This document shows positions 8,745 through 16,864 of a DNA stretch of 64,000 nt, in pieces. The stretch covers positions 188,290-252,289 of the forward strand of contig CAZYCL010000003.1 of the NCBI GenBank assembly GCA_964645795.1, in the 5' to 3' direction. The translations under genes and the position numbers were made by a program. Source of the stretch: an uncultured Planctomycetales bacterium. Its GTDB lineage: Bacteria; Omnitrophota; Gorgyraeia; Gygaellales; Profunditerraquicolaceae. How positions within the stretch are numbered: the first letter of the stretch is position 1; each line of letters begins with the position of its first letter. The notes beneath the pieces are model-generated. The model saw nothing but the letters and a program-made list of their open reading frames with translations. It searched no databases and was not told the origin of the DNA.

Positions 8745-8840
8745 AAATAATTTTAATGATATTAGGCCTGGGGTTATCTCATCTTGTAGCTTTTGGGATC
8801 GGTTATTTTATCTGCGTTATAGTCAACTTCATCGGCGAAG

Positions 8841-9050
8841 ATGTGCCGGCCGATATACAGAAAGGAAATTAAGCAGATGTTTGCGGAAATACTAAAAGCG
8901 GCCGGGCTTAATCCGGATGATCTTAAACAACTCCCCGTTATTATCAAGGGCGCTGCCGACAACTTCCAGGAGATTAAAAACCTGTTGGCTGATAACAACC
9001 GGCTTTTAGGCGATATTCTGGAAGAATTGAAAAAACGAGGCGGTAAATGA
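8841..9050 (+). CDS. Hypothetical small protein
   Basis: 69 aa; gaaaggaaattaagcagATG context; operon-like packing. Confidence 0.3.
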   Translation: MCRPIYRKEIKQMFAEILKAAGLNPDDLKQLPVIIKGAADNFQEIKNLLADNNRLLGDILEELKKRGGK

Positions 9051-9247
9051 TTACCTTGTATAAAAAAGACAAAGAGGTTGATATTACTGTGATCTACGAA
9101 CACCAGGTAGGCGCTCAGCCAAAGATACAAATAACCGGCACTGGCAACTTGTCGCATCATTTGATAGAAGGACTTCTTGATACGTTTGATAGGTTATCCA
9201 AAATGGAAGATTGCTGCCATAGATCAAGCGAATGGAGAAAAAAATGA
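9047..9247 (+). CDS. Hypothetical small protein
   Basis: 66 aa; 4-bp overlap with the upstream ORF. Confidence 0.3.
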   Translation: MITLYKKDKEVDITVIYEHQVGAQPKIQITGTGNLSHHLIEGLLDTFDRLSKMEDCCHRSSEWRKK

Positions 9248-9370
9248 TCCTCTCCCCTGCCCCTTCTTGGCTGCCTTCTCTTGTCCAGCCGGAAGATTGG
9301 TTAATGGCCCAGATTTTGGTCATGCTTTTAGTAATAGGGGTCATTACTATCTTTTTTCATAGTAAAGGGG

Positions 9371-9613
9371 GTGATACCTATGGCCCACGCTTTTAAGTGC
9401 GATAAATGTGGGGAGTTCCACGAAGGCAGCGCCGATATGCAGGTCGGACTTGATAAGCGAGGCGAAACGATTTTAAGGCACACTCTTGGCCTGAAATTCA
9501 GCCCAGAGAACCAGGAAGCGCCGGTCTATCTTAAAGACTTGTGCAATAAATGCACTAAGGGTTTTTGTGCATGGATTAAAGGAGAATATGATGCTCAAAA
9601 CAGAAAGAGTTAA
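9371..9613 (+). CDS. Hypothetical zinc-ribbon protein
   Basis: 80 aa; CDKCGEFH ... CNKCTKGFC. Confidence 0.35.
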   Translation: MIPMAHAFKCDKCGEFHEGSADMQVGLDKRGETILRHTLGLKFSPENQEAPVYLKDLCNKCTKGFCAWIKGEYDAQNRKS

Positions 9614-10058
9614 AACTATTTGTGCAGCTTGCGGCAAAGAAGGCACGCGTGCGCTCAAGCCCGAACCTAAGACGGCCCGGGAGAAAAAAGAGATCGCCTT
9701 CCTTTGCCGATTTTGCGGCGCGGCAAACCTGCGCGACGGAACAGCAGTCTTGAGAGATAAGAAACCTAAAAAGCCCAAGCTGGCAGCCAGGCCAGCGCCA
9801 GAGAAATCTGCCCCCCGGCCTAAAGAACCTCAAGCCAGCCAAGAAATTCAGGCAGTCAGCCAGGAAACACCTGCCGAGCCGGGCCAGGAAAAACCAGGAG
9901 AAGTCCAGGACAAGCCTAATGTTTTTCCTTATCTTCTCCTGGGCGGCCTGGCGGCAGTCGCGGCTTTTATCCTGAAGAAGTCCAAGAAACCACAGGAAGC
10001 ACCTCAAGAGCCCCCTGCGCCCGGGCCCCAGGACTTCCTAAGATCAGTAAGGAGTTAA
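9591..10058 (+). CDS. Hypothetical zinc-ribbon / Pro-rich protein with C-terminal TM helix (ATG 9591 after RBS aaaggag; the ORF-track GTG at 9567 is unlikely)
   Basis: CAACGKEG...CRFCGAAN zinc ribbon; PKKPKLAARPAPEKSAPRPKEP low-complexity; hydrophobic LLLGGLAAVAAFIL. Confidence 0.4.
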   Translation: MLKTERVKTICAACGKEGTRALKPEPKTAREKKEIAFLCRFCGAANLRDGTAVLRDKKPKKPKLAARPAPEKSAPRPKEPQASQEIQAVSQETPAEPGQEKPGEVQDKPNVFPYLLLGGLAAVAAFILKKSKKPQEAPQEPPAPGPQDFLRSVRS

Positions 10059-10063
10059 AAACT

Positions 10064-10624
10064 ATGGCAAAGAAAAAAGAGGCGATTTTAAAAGACAAGA
10101 ACAATCTGCCACCTGCGCCTGCGCCAGAGCCGCCTCCTGGCCCCAAAGATACCCAGCCCAGCCCTGTAACAGCCGGGCCAGTCCAGGAGATTGCTGCGGA
10201 AATTCCTGTTGAAATTAAGCCTACCGGTGACTTAAAACGTATTGTTTACGGCGGCCTTAATTTCTGGCTGAATCGCCGCAAAGACCCTCTTTTGCAGGAT
10301 GATGAAAAGGCGATGCTGGCCGATCCTCTGGATAGGTTTGAGTATGAGATATTAAAGGCCCTGCCCGGCTGGCTGCGCGATCAATTCCAGAAATCCGGCC
10401 CCTTTGGTGGGCCCGCCCTGGAAACCGGCCTGGCGGTGATGATTATTCTTGACCGCCGTAAAAAGCCCAAACCGGCAAAGCCTCCAGCACCGGCAGCTCA
10501 AGAACCCGCTGCGCCAGAAAAGCCGGCGCCCGGGCAAGAACTAACGCAGGCCCCCCCTCTCTCTCCGGCCCCGCGCCGGCTGGACAAGGACAGCAGCCAT
10601 GAGATTTTTCGGCCATATCCTTGA
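10064..10624 (+). CDS. Hypothetical Pro/Ala-rich protein
   Basis: 186 aa; PPAPAPEPPPGP and AKPPAPAAQEPAAPEKPAPG low-complexity segments. Confidence 0.4.
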   Translation: MAKKKEAILKDKNNLPPAPAPEPPPGPKDTQPSPVTAGPVQEIAAEIPVEIKPTGDLKRIVYGGLNFWLNRRKDPLLQDDEKAMLADPLDRFEYEILKALPGWLRDQFQKSGPFGGPALETGLAVMIILDRRKKPKPAKPPAPAAQEPAAPEKPAPGQELTQAPPLSPAPRRLDKDSSHEIFRPYP

Positions 10625-10714
10625 AATCAACCTGGTAACCGGCGACTGGCTGCTTAAGGATTTAAGAGATCATCCTTACTATAAACCACCGGAAAACTGT
10701 CGGGTTTATCCGAT

Positions 10715-11353
10715 ATGATTAAGCAACGCGAGGTTGTTCTGGTAACCGGCAAGACTGGCTCTGGTAAGTCGACGCTTATGCGTAAGATGCTGGCAGATAA
10801 AAGGCGTTTAATCATCTTGGACATGATATCAGAATACCAGGATTTAAGGCCCCCCTTCCCTGCCCTGTTTATTCACGATATCGGCAAGCTTTATGACTAT
10901 CTGGCAGACCACCACGACAAAGATTTTCGGATCATCTTCGACCCGGAAGACCCCGAGCAAATTTTGGATCTCGCGGACGGATCAAAAATAACAGTTTTCG
11001 AGGAAGTTTGCAAGCTGGTCTATAATCACCTGAACAACGTGATCCTGGCAGTTGAGGAAATGGCGAATCTTATGCAGGGCAGCCGCGCCCCGGAATACCT
11101 GCGTAAGATTACCCGCTTCGGCAGGCACTCGTCTATTTCCTTGTGGGCCACAACCCAGCGGCCGGCAGATATTCACCCGGTTATCCGGGCGCAGATCACC
11201 AGGTTTATTTCTTTCAGGCAGCATGAGCCGCGGGATATTGACTGGATTAGGCAGATCATTGGCGTTGCGGCTGATGATCTAAAAAACCTTACGCCCTTTG
11301 TTTGGGGTAAGCCGATGATCGAGGGAAAACACTATAAGGAGTATACGCTATGA
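10715..11353 (+). CDS. P-loop ATPase (FtsK/HerA-type Walker A; candidate genome-packaging or assembly ATPase)
   Basis: 212 aa; Walker A VLVTGKTGSGKSTL, Walker B-like ILAVEEMANL; no TM segment; immediately upstream of the capsid-like gene. Confidence 0.6.
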   Translation: MIKQREVVLVTGKTGSGKSTLMRKMLADKRRLIILDMISEYQDLRPPFPALFIHDIGKLYDYLADHHDKDFRIIFDPEDPEQILDLADGSKITVFEEVCKLVYNHLNNVILAVEEMANLMQGSRAPEYLRKITRFGRHSSISLWATTQRPADIHPVIRAQITRFISFRQHEPRDIDWIRQIIGVAADDLKNLTPFVWGKPMIEGKHYKEYTL

Positions 11354-11541
11354 ACAAGGAACAAAAAAAATGCCCTTTTTTACTCGTCGGTATTCAACCG
11401 GCCAGGATTCCCGGCAATCCCCCTGTTCTTCTTCTGGCCGATTGTCTTGGCGACAAATGCGCGTTGTGGTCTAACTATAATTTAAGAGATACTGGGATCG
11501 GAACAGAACTCAAACCCGGCTGCGGATTGGTAAGATATTAG
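11350..11541 (+). CDS. Hypothetical small Cys-containing protein
   Basis: 63 aa; 4-bp overlap with the ATPase gene. Confidence 0.3.
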   Translation: MNKEQKKCPFLLVGIQPARIPGNPPVLLLADCLGDKCALWSNYNLRDTGIGTELKPGCGLVRY

Positions 11542-11554
11542 GAGAAAAAACAGC

Positions 11555-11740
11555 ATGAAGCGTTTTAGGCCCTGTATCTTCTGCGGTAAGCCGGTCAGGC
11601 AGTTTTCCTCAAAACCGCGGCGTTTTTGCTCGCGCTATCATTACAACCTTTTCATTAAATTATCACAGGCGCACTCGGAAGCCAAAAACGAGTTTTTAAG
11701 GGCTATCCGTCGAGAAAAACCTGCCCTGGTAGCCCCGTAG
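11555..11740 (+). CDS. Hypothetical small zinc-finger protein
   Basis: 61 aa; CIFCGKP...CSRYHY; basic. Confidence 0.35.
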   Translation: MKRFRPCIFCGKPVRQFSSKPRRFCSRYHYNLFIKLSQAHSEAKNEFLRAIRREKPALVAP

Positions 11741-11904
11741 GGCCACGATCTTATCAGTAGTCAATATCTAACACCCCTCTATTTTTTCCATCCTCGGAAA
11801 TGCTACTTTTCCGCCGGGATAACCCTTAAAAATTTCCTACCAATGGAAACTTCTCTCTTTGACTTTATAAAATAATGCGATAAATTTTAAGTGAGATTTG
11901 CGAA

Positions 11905-11950
11905 ACCCGGGCGCGGAAGAAATTCCTGCCCGGGTTTTTTCTTCCGCGCC
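11905..11950 (+). promoter_or_regulatory. Terminator-like hairpin with an overlapping alternative 12-bp helix upstream of the structural-gene block
   Basis: cccgggc/gcccggg stem + T6 (11906-11940); ggcgcggaagaa (11910-11921) is the perfect complement of ttcttccgcgcc (11939-11950); the two helices are mutually exclusive. Confidence 0.3.
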
Positions 11951-11969
11951 TACCAAAAGGAGAGGACAG

Positions 11970-12119
11970 ATGATTAAAGCGATCTTCAACGCGATAAAGG
12001 CAGAGGCAACTGTGCCTAAGCTAGTGGTGGATATCCTGGTGGTCGTAGGCGTGTTATGGCTTTTGGCGATCATGAAGAAAAACGGCATCGCCAAACAGAT
12101 TAATCCTCTGGAGGCCTAA
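11970..12119 (+). CDS. Small single-TM protein (ATG 11970 after RBS aaaggagagg)
   Basis: 49 aa MIKAIFNAIKAEATVPKLVVDILVVVGVLWLLAIMKKNG... Confidence 0.4.
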   Translation: MIKAIFNAIKAEATVPKLVVDILVVVGVLWLLAIMKKNGIAKQINPLEA

Positions 12120-12300
12120 GATGAGAGATAAAACGATCACTTTTTTAATGTTTATAGGCGCGATCCTGGCAACCGGCTTTATTCTTGACGAGCTGGGGAA
12201 TCAGGGCCGGCTCGGTGATGTAGGCAAGGCCATAGCCAAGAAGATAACGGCTGGATATGGCGCGTAACGTAAATTTAACCCCTTAACAAGGAGAAATCCC

Positions 12301-13152
12301 ATGTATAGACAAATCATCAAACAACCGAACATCAGAGGCATTGCTGCCGGCGCAGTAGCAACCGGCGAAATCCCGACGACCGGCACGCACTACGGAACTT
12401 ATCTGCGTTGCCTTACCTCTGCCGGCGTAGCCCTTACCGCGGCTGAAATCAAGGCCGATGTCGGAAATATCATTATCCGCATTAACGGCCAGCAGATTGT
12501 AGAAGCAAGCGCTACCTTCTTGCTCGATTTGCAGAAGTATTACGGTGACGCCTTCGGCGCTGGCAACGTCAGCGGCATAATCCCAATAATCTGGGAGAGG
12601 CCGCATTTAGCCACTTTCCCCGAACGCGCAGTTACTGCTCTGGGAATGGCTAACGTTTCGAGTTTTACTGTGGACGTTAACGTGGTGGGGGTAGTTAAAC
12701 TTGCCTCTATTGAGGTTTTGAGCATGGTTTCCCCCGAAATCCGCAATCTCGGCCAGCATATCCGTATCAGCAAATTCCCGCAGAGCTTTGCTACAACCGG
12801 CCTGCAGGAAATTACCACGCTGCCGAAGGAAGGCAACGATGTCGGTTATCTTGCTATGCACATCGAGGAATCCACCGGCACGATATCCAAAGTAACCTGC
12901 AAGCTCGGCGGCCTCAACATCTTCGAGGAAGTTGATCCTAACCTCGACGAGGTTATCTTAAAGAGAGAACGCAGAACGCCGCAAACCGGATATTTCCACG
13001 TCGATTTTTCAGTTTCCAACGATATGTCCGGCTATATTCCTATGGCTGGCGTTCAGGACTGGCGGCAGCAGATCACCTGGACAACAGCAGCGCCCAATAA
13101 CTATAACATCTACACCGAGCGCATCTTTAGCCTGGGTAACGCCAAGAAATAG
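12301..13152 (+). CDS. Candidate major capsid protein (beta-rich, 283 aa; size and context compatible with a PM2 P2-like double-jelly-roll MCP)
   Basis: Strong RBS aaggagaaatcccATG, strong terminator directly after, highest-expression signature in the element; follows the P-loop ATPase; no database homology can be checked here. Confidence 0.45.
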   Translation: MYRQIIKQPNIRGIAAGAVATGEIPTTGTHYGTYLRCLTSAGVALTAAEIKADVGNIIIRINGQQIVEASATFLLDLQKYYGDAFGAGNVSGIIPIIWERPHLATFPERAVTALGMANVSSFTVDVNVVGVVKLASIEVLSMVSPEIRNLGQHIRISKFPQSFATTGLQEITTLPKEGNDVGYLAMHIEESTGTISKVTCKLGGLNIFEEVDPNLDEVILKRERRTPQTGYFHVDFSVSNDMSGYIPMAGVQDWRQQITWTTAAPNNYNIYTERIFSLGNAKK

Positions 13153-13174
13153 AGCTGCTCGTAGGTATAGCATA

Positions 13175-13210
13175 ATCAGGGGCAGCTTTATGAGCTGCCC
13201 CTGATTTTTA
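13175..13210 (+). terminator. rho-independent terminator after the capsid-like gene
   Basis: Perfect 13-bp stem atcaggggcagct / agctgcccctgat, 5-nt loop, then tttt. Confidence 0.65.
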
Positions 13211-13223
13211 AAAGGGGGCCTTC

Positions 13224-13508
13224 ATGGATTTAGGTAGCATAGCAAACACAATCGGTAGCTGGTCTAAGCAGCTCGTCAGCGTATTTGACAACGGCTGGAA
13301 TATATATCAAAACGTGCAGGACCGTATTGATGCGATCGAGGCCATAGACAACGAAACTGTCCAGCCGGCCGCAAAAAGTAGCTCGCCTATCAGCTTTGAA
13401 ATGGATATCGGAAAACAGACCCAGGCCGCAATTAATACGATCTCTTATGTTTTGATCGGCGCCGGGATCATTGTCTTGCTGATTATTATTCTTTCCAGGC
13501 GAAAGTGA
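13224..13508 (+). CDS. Small membrane protein (C-terminal TM helix + basic tail)
   Basis: 94 aa; ...ISYVLIGAGIIVLLIIILSRRK. Confidence 0.4.
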   Translation: MDLGSIANTIGSWSKQLVSVFDNGWNIYQNVQDRIDAIEAIDNETVQPAAKSSSPISFEMDIGKQTQAAINTISYVLIGAGIIVLLIIILSRRK

Positions 13509-13517
13509 GGCCGGGGA

Positions 13518-13736
13518 ATGGCTCTTGATCCGAAATCCATACTTTCAAACCTCACTAATAGCCCGCCTTCTTTTACTTCCGGGGCCCGGGCAGATGCCTT
13601 TTCCGATGCTACAACCCGCGTTGATTACTCTACCGGCTCTTTTTCCGTCGGCGGCTCAAGTAACCTAAATACCCTTTTCTGGATAGCCGGGGCAATTGCC
13701 CTTGTTTTTATCTTAAAGGAGTTTTTTAAGAAATGA
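13518..13736 (+). CDS. Small membrane protein (C-terminal TM helix + basic tail)
   Basis: 72 aa; ...LFWIAGAIALVFILKEFFKK. Confidence 0.4.
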   Translation: MALDPKSILSNLTNSPPSFTSGARADAFSDATTRVDYSTGSFSVGGSSNLNTLFWIAGAIALVFILKEFFKK

Positions 13737-14146
13737 TAACCGATATCGCCGTTAACTTAAAGCGCATCCCCTGGGGCCCGGAAATCGAGGCTTCGGTAGA
13801 GCGGCTTAACCCGGTCTACGGTGTTACGGTTTTAAAAGCAAAAGTAGAATCCGGCGCGTTCGGCCTCTTTGAAATAAGCGTGGAAGATCGCCGCCTGGGG
13901 GTGTTAATTACCCGCCTGGACACCATGCTTGACGGCTCAAAGGAGCTGGTTATAATGCACGCCGTCGGTGATTTTAAGACTTCTCAAAACCTCGTAGGCG
14001 TATTAAGTTTTGCCTTTGACAACCTGGCCCGGATGCACAAGGTTAAAGTGATCCGCGTGCATACCAGCCGGCGCGGAATGGATGCGCTGCTGGAAGAAAA
14101 CGGTTATCAATTTATAGAAAATGTTTATAAAAAAAGGATAGATTAA
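13733..14146 (+). CDS. Hypothetical protein (possible acyltransferase-like fold)
   Basis: 137 aa soluble protein; 4-bp overlap with upstream gene. Confidence 0.3.
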   Translation: MITDIAVNLKRIPWGPEIEASVERLNPVYGVTVLKAKVESGAFGLFEISVEDRRLGVLITRLDTMLDGSKELVIMHAVGDFKTSQNLVGVLSFAFDNLARMHKVKVIRVHTSRRGMDALLEENGYQFIENVYKKRID

Positions 14147-14530
14147 ATGTCGCAGAGCGAAAGCGAAAGCAGCTCCTCTACAACTACGACAACGCAGCAA
14201 TACGATCAGCGCGTAGGCGCGGAAGGCGGCGCGATCGCCATAGGGTCAGGGGCCCAGATAAGCATCAACGAAGAATTCGGCTCAAATGTGGCCCAGGCGT
14301 TTAATCAGCTTATTTCTCTGGCCCGGGATGCCGGCCAGCTCGTTGATACGCTTAATAAGACAACCCAGGACACTACGACTAAGGCCGTTGATCTCCTGGC
14401 AAAACAGGTCGAACGATCGGAAAAAGGGGCCTCTACGATCTATACCGATATATTTCCGTATGTAGCCGCGGCAATTATCGGGATTGTGGCGATTTTTATT
14501 TTTATAAATTTTTCAAAACGTAAGAGGTAA
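14147..14530 (+). CDS. Small membrane protein (Ser/Thr-rich N-terminus, C-terminal TM helix + KRKR tail)
   Basis: 127 aa; SESESSSSTTTTTQQ...; ...YVAAAIIGIVAIFIFINFSKRKR. Confidence 0.4.
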   Translation: MSQSESESSSSTTTTTQQYDQRVGAEGGAIAIGSGAQISINEEFGSNVAQAFNQLISLARDAGQLVDTLNKTTQDTTTKAVDLLAKQVERSEKGASTIYTDIFPYVAAAIIGIVAIFIFINFSKRKR

Positions 14531-14534
14531 AACT

Positions 14535-15134
14535 ATGGATGCCATAACGCTTGAGAATGTATATCAATTTTTCCGTCGGACAATAGCAGCCGGTGAAACC
14601 GCCAAGATAAACGCCTGGGGCAACTATGTTACGCTGCTCTCCAATAGCGGCAGCAATAATATCTTTATCTCCATAGGCGGCCAGCCCATGCAGGAGATGC
14701 CTTTTGGCTTGTCTGTGGCCCTTCCGCACGATGCGCGATTTAAATATCTCGAATTCTACAATAGCGCGGGCGTTTCGGTAACCATAGAGTTTACCGTATC
14801 GGCCGGATTAGTGTCCGATAACCGCAGCGTTATCAACTCAACCCTGGTTGTTGATCCTTCATCCGACGGCCTTGCGACGCCGGCAGCCATTACCGTAAAT
14901 ACCGCAGCCCCTGGAGCGGCCACAATTGCCGCGGACTCAACCCGGCGCGAGGTAATTATCCAGAACAACGGCGCAAATCCTATTTGGGCCGGCGATGCCA
15001 ATGTTGACGGCGCAAATAACCGCGGCATCTTAATACCTATCGGCCAGGCCATTGTTTTATCTACCCAGGCCGCGATTTACCTGCGATCAACCGGTGGGGC
15101 ATCTACCGCCTCAACAATGAACTTAACGAGGTAA
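14535..15134 (+). CDS. Hypothetical structural protein
   Basis: 199 aa, Ala/Thr/Ser/Gly-rich, predicted beta; inside the structural block. Confidence 0.35.
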   Translation: MDAITLENVYQFFRRTIAAGETAKINAWGNYVTLLSNSGSNNIFISIGGQPMQEMPFGLSVALPHDARFKYLEFYNSAGVSVTIEFTVSAGLVSDNRSVINSTLVVDPSSDGLATPAAITVNTAAPGAATIAADSTRREVIIQNNGANPIWAGDANVDGANNRGILIPIGQAIVLSTQAAIYLRSTGGASTASTMNLTR

Positions 15135-15136
15135 AA

Positions 15137-15703
15137 ATGAGTGGAGCTTTTGGGGTAAATACCTTTAATTTTATAAAGTTGACAATGCAGGCGGCGGCTC
15201 CAGGAACGCCAGATTTAGGGGCGGTAATCTACGCAAAATCATCTTCGGCCCGGGTTGTTGATGGAGCTTATACAATAACGCCGGCATTTACCGACGGAAG
15301 CATCGCAAACCTTCTTGATGGAAATGTATCAACATACGCCCAAAATGTGAACGCCCTACCTCATACTTTTAAGGTCGACTTTGGCGCTGCCAGAAAAATT
15401 AATCGCTATGGATTCGGGAACTGGGATGCTAGCAACGGCGGCCAGCCGAAAACCTGGACTTTTGAGGGATCAAACAATGGCACAGATTGGACAGTAATAG
15501 AAACCCGGACAAACGAAGCCCAGCGGGCTAGTGGCGCGTCGTTCTATTTCGATATCGCCGAGCAGAATTACCGCTATTATCGCTGGGTTGTTACGGTAAC
15601 TTGGGATGCAACTTATATCGGCGGTGAGCTGTATTTGTATTCGCCGCGGACTGATTTTTTCGCAAAGAATGATGCTGGAACTGAAAAACAGCTAACACCA
15701 TAA
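15137..15703 (+). CDS. Discoidin/F5-8 type C (galactose-binding-like) domain protein; candidate receptor-binding or spike protein
   Basis: 188 aa; KVDFGAARKINRYGFGNW...WTFEGSNNGTDWTVIE...YRYYRWVVT typical of discoidin-domain carbohydrate-binding modules. Confidence 0.4.
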   Translation: MSGAFGVNTFNFIKLTMQAAAPGTPDLGAVIYAKSSSARVVDGAYTITPAFTDGSIANLLDGNVSTYAQNVNALPHTFKVDFGAARKINRYGFGNWDASNGGQPKTWTFEGSNNGTDWTVIETRTNEAQRASGASFYFDIAEQNYRYYRWVVTVTWDATYIGGELYLYSPRTDFFAKNDAGTEKQLTP

Positions 15704-15717
15704 AAGCGAGGTTTTCT

Positions 15718-15933
15718 ATGCCCTTGATGATCGCTATTCCCATTATAACCGGCCTGGCCGCTTTATTTGTCGGTAGTCAAATAGAAAATAAAATAGACAA
15801 CCCGACACAACCGATTACCGGGGCCCAGCAGACAACCCCGCCCTGGTATATTTCGGTCGCGCTCCTTGTTGTTCTGGCAGTCGCCGGTATTCTGATCGTA
15901 AAAGGTTTACTTAAAAAAGCTAAATTAGCTTAA
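15718..15933 (+). CDS. Small membrane protein (two hydrophobic segments, basic C-terminus)
   Basis: 71 aa; MPLMIAIPIITGLAALFVG...ISVALLVVLAVAGILIVKGLLKKAKLA. Confidence 0.4.
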   Translation: MPLMIAIPIITGLAALFVGSQIENKIDNPTQPITGAQQTTPPWYISVALLVVLAVAGILIVKGLLKKAKLA

Positions 15934-16041
15934 AGGAGATCAACTATGATTATCGTCTGGCTTGCCCTCGCGTTCGCTGCCGGCGCTCTCTGCGCTTTTG
16001 TCTATCTTGCAGTTACCAGCCAGTTAAGGCTTAAAGCATAA

Positions 16042-16302
16042 ATGGAACTCCCCGACGCGAAAAAATGGTTTACCGGATTTTTTGACATTACGCGCTGGAT
16101 AAAAGACGGCGGCACACTAATCCGGCTTTTATTGATCGCCGCGGCTATTTGGCTGCTGGCCCTGGGCGCCGGCAGAATAAAGCAGCTCTTTTTCACTCCC
16201 CCAGCTCCCCCGCAGATTCAGGGGGTTAGCGGCGGCAAGGTGAGCGTGGACAATTCGCAGCAGAAGGTAAAAAACAAAATAGGAGTTTTTAACTTATGGT
16301 AA
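16042..16302 (+). CDS. Small membrane protein
   Basis: 86 aa; LIRLLLIAAAIWLLALGAGRIKQLFF hydrophobic helix. Confidence 0.3.
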   Translation: MELPDAKKWFTGFFDITRWIKDGGTLIRLLLIAAAIWLLALGAGRIKQLFFTPPAPPQIQGVSGGKVSVDNSQQKVKNKIGVFNLW

Positions 16303-16371
16303 AGAGCGCGGAAATGAAAGGCTGGATGAAGGCAATAGTCGTCGGCGTGGTTACTTCGGTTATAGCGACCA

Positions 16372-16581
16372 TTGTTATCAAAAAATTCATTGATAAAAAT
16401 GGACAAGCTCAAGCTGCAGTTTGACGAAGGCATTAACGTTGACACCCTTACCGGCCGGACTGTGCAGAAATCGGTTTATATTGAATCCGGGGCCCGGCGT
16501 ATCTACATAGGCATCAATACCCTGGTTGAGATATGCGATTATTTAAGATCGCAAGGAATACGGATAACGCCAGATGTTTAA
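16372..16581 (+). CDS. Hypothetical small protein
   Basis: 69 aa ORF in the element. Confidence 0.25.
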   Translation: MLSKNSLIKMDKLKLQFDEGINVDTLTGRTVQKSVYIESGARRIYIGINTLVEICDYLRSQGIRITPDV

Positions 16582-16804
16582 AAAGATAATGGAAAAATTA
16601 CGCTGCAATCCCCTGGCCTGCTTTACGACCTTTTTTATTATTAACGGCCTTCTGTTTGCATGGATAAAAACCGATATTGTGGAGATGCGGGGTATTCTTT
16701 ATAAAATTTTAGCCGGCGAATACCGAAAAACCGTTGAAATAGGCCCTACAACGCAAAAACTCGCCCAGATAGCACCCTACCCTGGCTTACGCCAAAACAA
16801 TTGA
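16574..16804 (+). CDS. Hypothetical small membrane protein
   Basis: 76 aa with hydrophobic segment CFTTFFIINGLLFAWI. Confidence 0.25.
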   Translation: MFKKIMEKLRCNPLACFTTFFIINGLLFAWIKTDIVEMRGILYKILAGEYRKTVEIGPTTQKLAQIAPYPGLRQNN

Positions 16805-16864
16805 AATTTGGCCAAGAAAACTGCCTCAAAACCTACCATTTAAAATGCGCTGCTGGGGCTTTTG

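Noticed and set aside
9567-9590. GTG start at 9567 for the zinc-ribbon/Pro-rich ORF
   Set aside because: The RBS aaaggag sits 6 nt before the ATG at 9591; the upstream GTG would lack an SD and would extend the overlap with the preceding gene.
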